DNA of 64,000 bases from Rickettsiales bacterium (GTDB taxonomy: Bacteria > Pseudomonadota > Alphaproteobacteria > Rickettsiales > UBA8987), in assembly GCA_020630095.1 (NCBI GenBank), contig JAHDCD010000001.1:133698-197697 (forward strand), written 5' to 3'. Position numbers and translations under genes: made by a program. Below, piece by piece: positions 9,920-19,858 of this stretch; the stretch's first letter is position 1; each line of letters starts with the position of its first letter. Under the pieces are notes generated by a model. It saw nothing but the letters and a program-made list of their open reading frames with translations, searched no databases and was not told the DNA's origin.

Positions 9920-11347
9920 TTAAACGGCAGTACCGCCAACAGTAAGTTTGTCAATCAGCATAGATGGTTGGCCTACGCCTACAGGAACACCTTGACCATC
10001 TTTACCGCAAGTGCCAATACCATGGTCTAGCTCTAGGTCGTTACCGATAGATTTGATTTTCTTCATAACGTCAGGGCCGTTACCAATTAATGTTGCGCCT
10101 TTTACTGGGTGAGTAATTTTACCATCCTCAATCATATAAGTTTCTTGGGCAGAAAATACGAATTTACCAGAGGTAATATCTACCTGACCGCCACCAAAGT
10201 TAACAGCGTAAATACCGCGTTTAGTATTTGCTATCATGTCGGAAACATTGTCGTTACCGGCTAGCATGTAAGTGTTTGTCATTCTAGGCATTGGCTGGTG
10301 TTGGTAGCTTTCGCGGCGTCCGTTACCAGTTGGTTTTACACCCATTAGCCTTGCATTTAGCCTATCTTGCATGAAGCCAGTTAATATACCGTCTTCAATT
10401 AATATGTTATTTGCTGAGGCTGTGCCTTCGTCGTCTACAGTTATTGAACCACGGCGATCTGGCATTGTGCCGTTATCAACTACAGTTACGCCTTTTGAGG
10501 CAACTTGTTTGCCCATTTGGTCGTGGAATATAGATGTTTTCTTGCGGTTGAAGTCGCCTTCTAAGCCGTGACCTACAGCTTCATGTAACATTACACCAGG
10601 CCAGCCATTGCCTAAGATTACAGTCATTTCACCTGCAGGTGATGGTTTGGCCTCTAGATTTACTAGTGCTTGACGAAGTGCTTCGTCAGCTGCTTTTTGC
10701 CAATTGTCGCGCGTTACGAAAGTATCTAATTTTGCTCTACCGCCACAGCCGTATGAGCCAGTTTCTTTTACGCCGTCCTTTTCTACTACAACGGAAATGT
10801 TCATACGAACTAATGGGCGGATATCACCAGTTTCAAAGCCACCTGCTCGGATGATTTTAACTGCTTGCCATTCGCCACCGATAGAACAGCTAACTTGTTT
10901 TACGCGCTCATCTTTTGTGCGCAAGTAATCGTCAATTTCTTTTAAAATATCTACTTTGGCATCAAATGAATATGATGAAATTGGGTTGTCAGGTACATAT
11001 AGCGGGGCAGGCGCTTGACTTGGGTTGCCAACTAAATCTTCAACGCCATTATGGCCACCTTTTACTGAGCGGACAGTTTCTGCCGCGTTACGCATTGATT
11101 GCTCAGTTATGTTAGATGAATGTGCATAGCCAGAAAGTTCGCCCATTACGGAGCGTAAGCCGAAGCCTTGTGTGGTGTTGTATGTTGCGTTTTTTAATAC
11201 GCTGTCATCAAATCCTAAACCTTCGGTTTGGGTGTATTCAAGGAACATCTCGCCATCGTCGAAGCCATCTAGCACATTGTTGGTAATTTTATGCACAGTG
11301 TCGGGTGAAATGTTTTTGTAAAAAATATTATCTAAAATTTCTTTCAT
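9920..11347 (-). CDS. tldD: Metalloprotease TldD
   Basis: HEAVGHGLEGDF zinc motif and TldD/PmbA-family length. ATG at 11347 (MKEILDN) is preferred because it abuts the stop of the upstream gene. Confidence 0.9.
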   Translation of the reverse strand: MKEILDNIFYKNISPDTVHKITNNVLDGFDDGEMFLEYTQTEGLGFDDSVLKNATYNTTQGFGLRSVMGELSGYAHSSNITEQSMRNAAETVRSVKGGHNGVEDLVGNPSQAPAPLYVPDNPISSYSFDAKVDILKEIDDYLRTKDERVKQVSCSIGGEWQAVKIIRAGGFETGDIRPLVRMNISVVVEKDGVKETGSYGCGGRAKLDTFVTRDNWQKAADEALRQALVNLEAKPSPAGEMTVILGNGWPGVMLHEAVGHGLEGDFNRKKTSIFHDQMGKQVASKGVTVVDNGTMPDRRGSITVDDEGTASANNILIEDGILTGFMQDRLNARLMGVKPTGNGRRESYQHQPMPRMTNTYMLAGNDNVSDMIANTKRGIYAVNFGGGQVDITSGKFVFSAQETYMIEDGKITHPVKGATLIGNGPDVMKKIKSIGNDLELDHGIGTCGKDGQGVPVGVGQPSMLIDKLTVGGTAV

Positions 11348-11349
11348 AA

Positions 11350-11988
11350 TTAAAATGTGAGCTTTAGTAAGCCCCACCAGTTAATATTTTGTATAGGAGT
11401 AAACTCGGATGTGCTAGAGTTTTTTACTTTAACTGCGTAGTGGTTAAGGATTTTTCTGAATTTCTTCAATTCTTTGTTTAACTCTAGTTTAGAAGCTTCT
11501 TGTTTAAGTTCTTGAATTTTATTGGATAAATCTTCTTTTTCTAAAATGGCTATGTTCGGGTAGTAGCTACACATGCGATACAGATTTATATAGCCATGTA
11601 ATAGTGTTAATTGATCATTCTTGGATGATATTATTTTAAGAATATTGCCGTATTTTTTAGAGCAGAAACCTTCGAAGTCAGTTTGGTCTTTAAAAGGTTT
11701 TTCGTCTAAAAAGCGTTCATGAGTATCTATTATTTCTAGTAGTAAAGAATAGTCTTTTTCAGTGAAAGTATCCTTCATTTTTTCTATTACATCATGTTTT
11801 TTAATAAGCCCTTCGGTAATTGCTTCGCGCCACCATTGGTAGCGTATCATCCCTATCATTTCTTCAGATGTTTTGTGAGGGATTTGTTCTATCTCATTTA
11901 AAAATAAGCATAAAGCTTCTGATCGTTTTCTTTGTGAGGGTTGTAAGAATAGGCTCCAAATATAATAATCGTAATGGGTATTTTTCAT
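11350..11988 (-). CDS. Squalene/phytoene-synthase-family protein (NDUFAF6-like)
   Basis: ALCLFLNEIEQIPHKTSEEMIGMIRYQWWREAI resembles the alphaproteobacterial ...FNLEIARI...RLQWWRDAL pattern. Shorter than typical members. Confidence 0.5.
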   Translation of the reverse strand: MKNTHYDYYIWSLFLQPSQRKRSEALCLFLNEIEQIPHKTSEEMIGMIRYQWWREAITEGLIKKHDVIEKMKDTFTEKDYSLLLEIIDTHERFLDEKPFKDQTDFEGFCSKKYGNILKIISSKNDQLTLLHGYINLYRMCSYYPNIAILEKEDLSNKIQELKQEASKLELNKELKKFRKILNHYAVKVKNSSTSEFTPIQNINWWGLLKLTF

Positions 11989-11997
11989 TAGATTAGC

Positions 11998-12225
11998 CTA
12001 AAAAACTTTGAACATAGTGTACATGCCGCCTAAAATTAAACCTATAGAGGTAAGTGCAACCGTTAAGATTCTGTTGTTAATCTCGTGTTTAAGGATTTCT
12101 AGGTCTTTTTTTGTAGAAACACCATCGCCGATATCAGTTATTACATCAACTACTTTTTCAGTAAAGGTATTCCCTTTTACAAGATGCTCAACCGCTGCAT
12201 ATGTATCAAGAATGTGTGTGTTCAT
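11998..12225 (-). CDS. Small membrane-anchored protein (75 aa, C-terminal TM)
   Basis: C-terminal TM ILTVALTSIGLILGGMYTMF. Promoter TTGATT (12261-12256), 17 nt, TATCAT (12238-12233), 7 nt, ATG 12225. Confidence 0.5.
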   Translation of the reverse strand: MNTHILDTYAAVEHLVKGNTFTEKVVDVITDIGDGVSTKKDLEILKHEINNRILTVALTSIGLILGGMYTMFKVF

Positions 12226-12263
12226 TTAATAAATGATAGAGTAAAACTTTATAAAAATCAAGT

Positions 12264-13262
12264 TTATAAGATAATCCAGCTAGCGAGTCCTAGGAAGATA
12301 AAGAATGCGGAAATGTCAGTTATTGTGGTTACAAATACTGAGCTTGCGATTGCTGGGTCTACGCCCATTTTTGATAAGATAAGTGGTGTTAAACCGCCAG
12401 CTAAAGCTGCGAGTATTAGGGCTAGTATCATGGATATGCCGAATACTACTGATAGCATAACATCTGAGTAGAATGCATAACTTGCGCAGAATACTATAAA
12501 GGCAAATATAACGCCATTAATTAGGCCTGTTATAATCTCGCGTTTGATCATTTCAGGGGAGTTTTCTATATCTAACTCCTTGGTTGCTAATGCACGAATT
12601 GCTACTGTAAGCGTTTGCATACCTGCGTTACCAGCCATAGATGCTACGATTGGCATTAGTACTGCTAATGCTACTAGGCGGTCGATATCTGCTTCGAAGA
12701 TTTTAATTACTAATGATGCCGCAATTGCGGTAAGTAAGTTAATTAACAACCAGCTAAAGCGACCTTTTGCTTTTTCGAATGGAGCAGCATCTATATCAGA
12801 TTCTTCACCTACACCGGCCATTAATAGTAAATCTTCTTCGGCTTCATCTTCAGCGATTTCAGCGATATTATCTAGCGTTACAACGCCTAGTACATCATTA
12901 TTATTAGAAACTACCGTTGCAGAGATTAGGCCTTTTTCTTGGAACTCGTATACTAGGTCCTCTTGGTCTGTTTCAGCGGATACTTTGGTTATCTCAGTAT
13001 TCATTATAGTTGAGATATTTTCTTTACGCTCCGAGCGGAGAATTCTTGAAAGCAGTACAGTACCTACCGGTTTTTGGTCTGAATTTAAAACTAGAATATC
13101 ATGAAAATCATCTGAGATATTTTTGTTAGAGCGAAGATAGTCAATTGTTTCACCAACGGTCCAGCCTAGTCCGACAGAGATAAAATCTTTCGTCATAATA
13201 GAACCTGCGGTATTTTCTAAATACGCGTTTAGGTTCTGCTTATTTATAGGCTCAGCCTTCAT
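12264..13262 (-). CDS. mgtE: Magnesium transporter MgtE (short form lacking the N-domain)
   Basis: Tandem CBS region followed by the MgtE membrane domain (LMPIVASMAGNAGMQTLTVAIRAL). 332 aa versus about 450 typical. Confidence 0.85.
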   Translation of the reverse strand: MKAEPINKQNLNAYLENTAGSIMTKDFISVGLGWTVGETIDYLRSNKNISDDFHDILVLNSDQKPVGTVLLSRILRSERKENISTIMNTEITKVSAETDQEDLVYEFQEKGLISATVVSNNNDVLGVVTLDNIAEIAEDEAEEDLLLMAGVGEESDIDAAPFEKAKGRFSWLLINLLTAIAASLVIKIFEADIDRLVALAVLMPIVASMAGNAGMQTLTVAIRALATKELDIENSPEMIKREIITGLINGVIFAFIVFCASYAFYSDVMLSVVFGISMILALILAALAGGLTPLILSKMGVDPAIASSVFVTTITDISAFFIFLGLASWIIL

Positions 13263-13298
13263 ATAAAATGAAGGAATATAAGGGTTTAGTTGTTTTTG

Positions 13299-13574
13299 CT
13301 AGTTTAAAATATCTTCCATAAGAAGAAATTCTTCCATTGACTGAGGTTCGGATGATGAGATTTCAGAAGGAAGGTTATAAGATAGTGCTATGCCTATAAA
13401 AGTGATCGCGAATGTTGCGACAGCAGCTCTACGTATAAAGAAAAATAGATTGTTTGAAGTTTTATCTTTATTTTTTTGCTGTAGAGATGCCGCAATGATA
13501 CGATCTTCAAGTCCAGCTTTCGCAGGCTCAAACTTACGTTTTTTCAATAGTTTATTTAACGAATTATCGTCCAT
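13299..13574 (-). CDS. Putative single-pass anti-sigma factor
   Basis: 91 aa with one TM (AAVATFAITFIGIALSY). Lies immediately downstream of the ECF sigma gene. Confidence 0.4.
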   Translation of the reverse strand: MDDNSLNKLLKKRKFEPAKAGLEDRIIAASLQQKNKDKTSNNLFFFIRRAAVATFAITFIGIALSYNLPSEISSSEPQSMEEFLLMEDILN

Positions 13575-13599
13575 ATATTATATTAGTACTGTTTAAAAT

Positions 13600-14157
13600 C
13601 TAATTCCCTTCGCCTTGCGCGACTAATTCTTTTAATTTTTTCTTTGCTCTCATTAATAGGCTTTCTAAGGCTTTTACGCCAACGCCTACAACATCGGCGG
13701 CTTCCTTATTTGAAAGTCCTTCATAAAAAGTTAAGTTTATAGCAAGTGCCTGATTTTCAGGAAGGGTTGCTATCATATCTTCAATTTGTCCTTGTAAAGT
13801 TTCCTTCTCAATGTCAACTGAGGTGTCAGCAAACTGTACATCTTCCATCATTGGAAGGGGCTTTTTCTTCTTAATATAATCTAAGCACATATTAGATACA
13901 ACTCGATAGAACCAAGTGGTAAATTTTGCAGCTTTTTCAGGGTTGTATATAGCCTTCTTGCTCCATAACTTTAGGAATGCTTCTTGGGTGATTTCTTCGG
14001 AAATATCTGGATCGCGAACGTAGCGATAGCATAGTGAATAGAACTTCTGAGAGTGGCGCTGAATAAGCATGGCAAAAGCAGGGTGGTTATCCTCTTCTTG
14101 AGCTAATTTGATTAGCTCTTCGTCTTTTAATTCGCTTATGTTGTTAGTTTTAGCCAC
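13600..14157 (-). CDS. ECF-type RNA polymerase sigma-70 factor
   Basis: 185 aa. Region 2 (YRYVRDPDISEEITQEAFLKLW) and region 4 HTH (LSNKEAADVVGVGVKALESLLMRAKKKL). GTG start. Confidence 0.85.
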   Translation of the reverse strand: MAKTNNISELKDEELIKLAQEEDNHPAFAMLIQRHSQKFYSLCYRYVRDPDISEEITQEAFLKLWSKKAIYNPEKAAKFTTWFYRVVSNMCLDYIKKKKPLPMMEDVQFADTSVDIEKETLQGQIEDMIATLPENQALAINLTFYEGLSNKEAADVVGVGVKALESLLMRAKKKLKELVAQGEGN

Positions 14158-14201
14158 TTTATGACTTTACTAACAGTTTTTTTGTAAATAAAACTAAAAA
14201 T

Positions 14202-16022
14202 ATGTCTTTATTTGGTGACCCACTCAAAAAAACTAGTTTTCCTGCAGCTAACAATAGTGCGGCGGGGCAGCAGGTTGCCGAAAATAATTCGGAATTAAAA
14301 GATCAAGAACCTAATGCGAGTGTTAAAAATGCTAAGTCAGATTATGCATCGCTTGGTGAGCAGTTAGTTAAGCAAAATCTTATTACTCCGGATCAATTGG
14401 AAATTGCTAAGAAAGTGCAGCGCGAAACTGGTGGTGCGCAAATGATTGGTAATATTCTGGTAGAGATGGGCTTCATTACGGAGCATACTTTATCGGAAGT
14501 TTTAAGTACCGATAAAGGGATTGATACTTTTGACCCTTCAAATTCAATAGTAGACCCTGATATTGTTAAGCTTGTGCCTAAGGAGCTTGCAATGAACTTT
14601 AGGGCGGTGCCGATATCATCTGAAGATAATAAGATATATCTGGCGATGGTAGATATATATGATGTTGTTGCGCTTGATCGCTTGAAGATGCATCTGCCGG
14701 CGGAAAGTAAGATTGTGCCAATGCAATGTTCGCAAGCGGCACTTTCTGATCTGATTGATAATTACTATGAGTATGAATTATCGATTGATGGTATTTTGCG
14801 CGAGATTGAGCATTTGAATCGTGATGAGCTTGTTAAGCAGGCGTCTAACGAACAAAGTTACGTTAACCCAACGGTGCGTTTATTGGATGCGATTTTAATT
14901 GATGCGATTAGGCAAGGCGCATCGGATATTCACTTTGAGCCGGAGGGGGTTTTCGTAAGAGTTAGGTATCGTATTGATGGGCATTTAGTGCTTATCCGTT
15001 CATTCCATATTGATTATTGGAGTGCGGTGGTTGTGCGTATTAAGATTATTTCAGGCATGAATATTGCTGAAACTAGATTGCCTCAGGATGGTAGAATAGG
15101 GTATCAAGTATTGGGTCGCGAGATCGACTTCCGTGTATCTACTCAGCCAACTATTGATGGTGAGAACGTGGTAATGCGTATTCTTGATAAGAAGAATTCC
15201 TTATTGCCAATGGCTAAGCTTGGTTTAAGTAAAAAGAATATTGAGCGCTTGCAAAAAGCGATGAGTAAGCCGGAAGGAATTGTGGTTGTAACTGGTCCTA
15301 CTGGTTCTGGTAAAACGACAACTCTATATTCAATTCTTTCAGAAATTAATGATCTTTCGATTAATATTATGACCTTGGAGGATCCGGTAGAGTATCGCTT
15401 GCCGATGATTAGACAGTCTAATATTAGAGCGCAAGGTGGTATGGATTTCGCTGGTGGTATTAAGGCGGCGTTAAGGCAGGATCCGGACGTGATATTTGTA
15501 GGTGAGGTGCGTGATAATGAAACGGCAACGCTTGCTATGCGTGCTTCGATGACTGGTCATAAAGTATTTACATCACTGCATACAAATGATGCAATTGGTG
15601 CGATAACACGTTTAATCGATATTGGTTGTAATCCGCGTGTATTATCAGAAAATATTGTTGCAGTAATTGCGCAAAGGTTAATTAGAAAGCTTTGTGATAA
15701 TTGTAAAGCTACGCGTGATTCCACAATTAAAGAAAGGCAAATTCTTGGTGATGATGTGCAAACTGTTTATGCTCCTGAAGGTTGTAAAGAATGTGGCGGG
15801 CGTGGTTATAAAGGGCGTTTAGCGGTTACAGAAATTATCTTAATTGATGAGCATTTAACAGAGATGATTGGTAGTCAGGCATCTAAAGGGCAGATGATGA
15901 AATATATTAAAGAGAATACGGGCTTTATTTCTATGGCTTTAGATGGTTTGCAGAAGGTGCGTGATGGTGTAACTGATATTAAAGAGTTAGCGCGTTGTGT
16001 AGATATTACCGACAGGATGTAG
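14202..16022 (+). CDS. GspE/PilB-family secretion or type IV pilus assembly ATPase
   Basis: T2SSE_N-like N-terminus. Walker A GPTGSGKTTT, Walker B/Asp box DPDVIFVGEVRD, His box GHKVFTSLHTND, tetracysteine CDNCK...CKECGGRG. No other T2SS or T4P genes nearby. Confidence 0.9.
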   Translation: MSLFGDPLKKTSFPAANNSAAGQQVAENNSELKDQEPNASVKNAKSDYASLGEQLVKQNLITPDQLEIAKKVQRETGGAQMIGNILVEMGFITEHTLSEVLSTDKGIDTFDPSNSIVDPDIVKLVPKELAMNFRAVPISSEDNKIYLAMVDIYDVVALDRLKMHLPAESKIVPMQCSQAALSDLIDNYYEYELSIDGILREIEHLNRDELVKQASNEQSYVNPTVRLLDAILIDAIRQGASDIHFEPEGVFVRVRYRIDGHLVLIRSFHIDYWSAVVVRIKIISGMNIAETRLPQDGRIGYQVLGREIDFRVSTQPTIDGENVVMRILDKKNSLLPMAKLGLSKKNIERLQKAMSKPEGIVVVTGPTGSGKTTTLYSILSEINDLSINIMTLEDPVEYRLPMIRQSNIRAQGGMDFAGGIKAALRQDPDVIFVGEVRDNETATLAMRASMTGHKVFTSLHTNDAIGAITRLIDIGCNPRVLSENIVAVIAQRLIRKLCDNCKATRDSTIKERQILGDDVQTVYAPEGCKECGGRGYKGRLAVTEIILIDEHLTEMIGSQASKGQMMKYIKENTGFISMALDGLQKVRDGVTDIKELARCVDITDRM

Positions 16023-17024
16023 ATGAAAAAGAATGTTATATTTATGGGGAGTCCTGATTTTGCGGTGCCAGCGTTGCAGGCTCTTATTGATGATTCCGGT
16101 ATAGAGGTTATTGCGTGTTTTTCTCAGCCGCCGCGTGAGGCTAATAGGGGGAAGAAAATCACTAAAACGCCTATTCATAAATTAGCAGAGGCGAATGATA
16201 TTGAAGTTCACACGCCTGTGAAGCTTAAAAACGTCATTCCTGCGTCTTATTTTGAATCTTTTAAGCATACGCAGGATGCGTCATTCGCCGACTTGATCGG
16301 CGAATCTAGAAATTGGACTATGGATTCGCCGATCAAGTCGGCGAATGACAAGTTAATTATTAAGGGTAATGTCACTTATATAAACTTGGTTGAATCTATG
16401 AAGCCGGATTTTATTTGTGTTGCGGCATATGGTTTAATATTACCAAAGAGCTTTTTAGACATTGCACCTTGTTTGAATATTCATCCATCTAAGTTGCCAA
16501 GATGGCGCGGTGCTGCGCCTATTCAGCGTACTATTATGGCAGGTGATACAGAAACTTCATGTTGTATTATGGATATGGATGTTGGATTAGATACTGGCGA
16601 TATTTTAATCGAAGAGGATTATAATATTCCGGCGAATTATACGGCGGGTGAATTGCATGATTACATGGCAAGTAAAGGTGGTGAGCTTTTATTAAAGGTA
16701 ATTGAAGGTTATAAAAATATTACTCCGCGTAAGCAATCGGAGCAGGGAGTTACGTATGCCCATAAAATTAAAAAATCTGATACTGAATTGAAGCTAGATG
16801 AGATTACGGCAGATGAAGCTAGAAATTTAATATTAGGTTTATCGCCGTATCCTGCGGCATGGGTTATGCATAATGAAAAACGTTTAAAGATATTAGCGTT
16901 ATCAAGTGAAGATGAAGGGGTTTCATTAGACTGTAAAGTTGGTTCTATTTATCCATCTTTAGTTCAGCCAGAGGGTAAAAAGCCAATGGATATAAAGGCT
17001 TATCTTAACGGCTTGCGTAGTTAA
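16023..17024 (+). CDS. fmt: Methionyl-tRNA formyltransferase carrying a 39-codon palindromic-element insertion
   Basis: FMGSPDFAVPALQAL..., AAYGLILPK, HPSKLPRWRGAAPIQRTIMAGD. The ATG directly follows the TAG of the ATPase gene. Confidence 0.9.
   Translation: MKKNVIFMGSPDFAVPALQALIDDSGIEVIACFSQPPREANRGKKITKTPIHKLAEANDIEVHTPVKLKNVIPASYFESFKHTQDASFADLIGESRNWTMDSPIKSANDKLIIKGNVTYINLVESMKPDFICVAAYGLILPKSFLDIAPCLNIHPSKLPRWRGAAPIQRTIMAGDTETSCCIMDMDVGLDTGDILIEEDYNIPANYTAGELHDYMASKGGELLLKVIEGYKNITPRKQSEQGVTYAHKIKKSDTELKLDEITADEARNLILGLSPYPAAWVMHNEKRLKILALSSEDEGVSLDCKVGSIYPSLVQPEGKKPMDIKAYLNGLRS
16233..16349. repeat. RPE-like palindromic elements (47 + 70 nt) inserted in frame in fmt
   Basis: 16233-16279: gtcattcctgcgt...acgcaggatgc. 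16280-16349: perfect 27-bp arms gtcattcgccgacttgatcggcgaatc / gattcgccgatcaagtcggcgaatgac. Total 117 nt = 39 codons. Confidence 0.8.
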
Positions 17025-17038
17025 ATTTTTGCGCCATT

Positions 17039-19240
17039 ATGGATCGGATATCCATGAATTCATTAGTAGAAAAATTAAATCAGGCGCAGGCGGATGCGGT
17101 ACTTAATATTGACGGGCCTTCGTTAGTGCTTGCTGGTGCAGGTACTGGTAAAACGCGAGTGCTTACATCTAAAATAGCGAATATTTTAAGTAATGAAAAA
17201 GCGTACCCATCGCAAATTCTTGCTGTTACCTTTACCAATAAAGCTGCGCGTGAAATGAATGAGCGTATTCATTCCCTAGTGGGTGATGTTGCGGCTGGAT
17301 TATGGATAGGTACTTTTCATTCGCTTTCGCTTCGTATTATTAACAAAAATTTAGGTGAACTTGGTTTTGAATCGGGTTTTTCAATTGTGGATTCGGCGGA
17401 TAGTTTACGCGTTGTTAAAGATATAATGGCCGCCGGTGGTTGGGATACGAAAAAGCATGCACCTAAGCTTGTTGCGGGTGTAATATCTTCATGGAAAGAT
17501 TTAGCATTAACACCGAATAAAGTGCCAGCAGAAGATCCGTATAAGGAGTATTTGGATATTTATACGAAGTATCAGGCGCGCTTAAAGCAGGGTAATGCTA
17601 TGGATTTTGGCGATTTACTATTGCATGCGGTTAGCTTGCTGCAGAAGAATCCTGAAATATTTAAATATTATAATAATAAGTTTCGTTATGTGTTGGTTGA
17701 TGAGTATCAAGATACCAACGTAGCGCAATATTTGTGGTTACGTTTATTAACTGCACCTAAGCCGGACCAATATGGCGAGTTAAAATCTAATATCACTTGC
17801 GTTGGCGATGATGACCAGGCAATTTATGGTTGGCGTGGCGCTCAGGTGGAAAATATATTACGTTTTGAGAAAGATTTTGAGGGTGCGCAGGTTACGCGCT
17901 TGGAAGAGAATTATCGCTCAACACCGTATATTTTAGATTGCGCTGATGCCGTGATATCTAATAATTCCAATAGATTGGGTAAAAAGCTTTATTCTCAGTA
18001 TAAAGATGGTGAGAAGGTGCGTATATTATCTGTTTGGGATGATAGGTCTGAGGCGCGATATATTGCTGATGAAATTTCGCGTGTGGATGAGTTTAAGGAA
18101 ACAGCGGTTTTAGTTAGGTCATCTTCGCAGACTCGTTTGTTTGAGGAGCAGTTTTTAGCAAAGCAAATTCCATATCAAGTTATTGGTGGTTTGCGCTTCT
18201 ATGAGCGCGCAGAAATTAAGGATGCGATTGCGTATATCCGCTCTATCATTACTCCGGGGAATGATCTTGCTTTTGAGCGTATTATTAATACTCCAAAACG
18301 CGGTATTGGTGGTAAAACAGTTGATAAAATTCGTTTAAATGCGCAAGCTAATGAGTTCCGCGGGCAGATATCTGTTCAGCAATCTGTGCTTGAAATGGCT
18401 AATGCTAAGGCGCTACGCGGTAAAGGTGCTGAAGAGCTTAAATTTACGATATCTAAGTTTGAAAATTGGCGTAAAGATTTTAAATCTAAACCGCATGCTG
18501 AAGTGGTGGATAATATCTTAAAAGGTGTTGGTTATATTAATATGCTACGTCAAGAGCGTACTGAAGAGGCTAACGGGCGCATTGAAAATTTAAATGAACT
18601 TATTAAGGCGCTCGAAGAGTTTGATGATATTCATCATTTCTTAGATCATGTTGCGCTAGTTTCTGATGCGGACACTTTGGAGGATAGAGATTTAGTTTCC
18701 GTAATGACCATTCATGCGGCGAAAGGTTTGGAATTTAATAATGTTTATCTACCGGGTTGGGAAGAGGGGAATTTTCCTTCGCAACGTGCCATTGATGATG
18801 GTGGTAAAAATAGTTTAGAAGAGGAGCGTCGTTTAGCTTATGTGGCAATAACTCGAGCGCGTAAATCTTTGATGATATCTTATGCCTCTAATCGTTTTGT
18901 ATTTGGTTCGGTTATGTCTAGTATGCCATCGCGCTTTATAAAAGAGCTTGATGAAAGTGCTTGCGAAGTAATTGAAGGTGCGGGCGGTATAGATTTGAAT
19001 GCCTCAAACAGGTTGGTTTCTAATTTAGAAGTTGGCGCGATGAATAGAATGTCCGATTCATCTAGGGGGTCATCTTATAATGAGGCATCTTCTGCCGGTG
19101 CATTTAATATTGGCTCGCGCGTGTTCCATCAGAAATTTGGTTATGGCTTAGTTACGGATGTTCAAGGAAATAATATCCGCGTTAGCTTTGATAGCGCTGG
19201 TTCAAAATTATTAGTTAAAGATTATCTTAAACGTGCTTAA
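17039..19240 (+). CDS. uvrD: ATP-dependent DNA helicase, UvrD/PcrA/Rep family
   Basis: Walker A AGAGTGKT, VDEYQDTN, helicase motifs through TIHAAKGLEFN and VAITRA. C-terminal FGYGLV Tudor-like tail. Confidence 0.9.
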   Translation: MDRISMNSLVEKLNQAQADAVLNIDGPSLVLAGAGTGKTRVLTSKIANILSNEKAYPSQILAVTFTNKAAREMNERIHSLVGDVAAGLWIGTFHSLSLRIINKNLGELGFESGFSIVDSADSLRVVKDIMAAGGWDTKKHAPKLVAGVISSWKDLALTPNKVPAEDPYKEYLDIYTKYQARLKQGNAMDFGDLLLHAVSLLQKNPEIFKYYNNKFRYVLVDEYQDTNVAQYLWLRLLTAPKPDQYGELKSNITCVGDDDQAIYGWRGAQVENILRFEKDFEGAQVTRLEENYRSTPYILDCADAVISNNSNRLGKKLYSQYKDGEKVRILSVWDDRSEARYIADEISRVDEFKETAVLVRSSSQTRLFEEQFLAKQIPYQVIGGLRFYERAEIKDAIAYIRSIITPGNDLAFERIINTPKRGIGGKTVDKIRLNAQANEFRGQISVQQSVLEMANAKALRGKGAEELKFTISKFENWRKDFKSKPHAEVVDNILKGVGYINMLRQERTEEANGRIENLNELIKALEEFDDIHHFLDHVALVSDADTLEDRDLVSVMTIHAAKGLEFNNVYLPGWEEGNFPSQRAIDDGGKNSLEEERRLAYVAITRARKSLMISYASNRFVFGSVMSSMPSRFIKELDESACEVIEGAGGIDLNASNRLVSNLEVGAMNRMSDSSRGSSYNEASSAGAFNIGSRVFHQKFGYGLVTDVQGNNIRVSFDSAGSKLLVKDYLKRA

Positions 19241-19251
19241 TAAATATAATT

Positions 19252-19809
19252 CTAAACAGTCATAATGTCGGCTTCTTTTTCTTTATAAATCTCATCAGCT
19301 TTAGCTATGATAGCATCGGTTAGTTTTTGAGCCTCGTCTGATTCAGAGTGCATTTCATCTTCAGTTAGGTCGCCGTCATTTTTTCCTTTCTTAATGGCAT
19401 CCATTAAGTCTTTACGAATGTTACGGATAGAGATTTTACAATCTTCTAAAAAGCCACTACCCATTTTTACAAGCTCTTTACGACGCTCTTCGGTAAGGTC
19501 AGGAATTGGTAAGCGAACTAGCTCGCCAGAGGTTGCAGGGTTTAAGCCTAGGTTTGAATCTAGGACGGCTTTTTCAACTGCTTGTACATTGCCCTTATCC
19601 CAAACTTGTACGTTAATACAACGTGGTTCAGGAACGGAAATTGTTGCAACTTGGCTAAGTGGCATCATTGAGCCGTAAACATTTACCTTTAAATTATCAA
19701 CTAGACCAGCAGATGCTCTACCTGTACGTAAACCGGCAAGGTTGCTTTTGAACGCATCTAGTGATTTGTTCATTCTGTCTTCAAAATCTTTATGGTTTAG
19801 TATTGGCAT
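19252..19809 (-). CDS. frr: Ribosome recycling factor
   Basis: 185 aa. LAGLRTGRASAGLVDNLKVNVYGS... is the canonical RRF pattern. Confidence 0.95.
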   Translation of the reverse strand: MPILNHKDFEDRMNKSLDAFKSNLAGLRTGRASAGLVDNLKVNVYGSMMPLSQVATISVPEPRCINVQVWDKGNVQAVEKAVLDSNLGLNPATSGELVRLPIPDLTEERRKELVKMGSGFLEDCKISIRNIRKDLMDAIKKGKNDGDLTEDEMHSESDEAQKLTDAIIAKADEIYKEKEADIMTV

Positions 19810-19858
19810 GATGTTTTATTTTCTGGAAGTGTGTTTTTATATTATTAATTAAAATATT

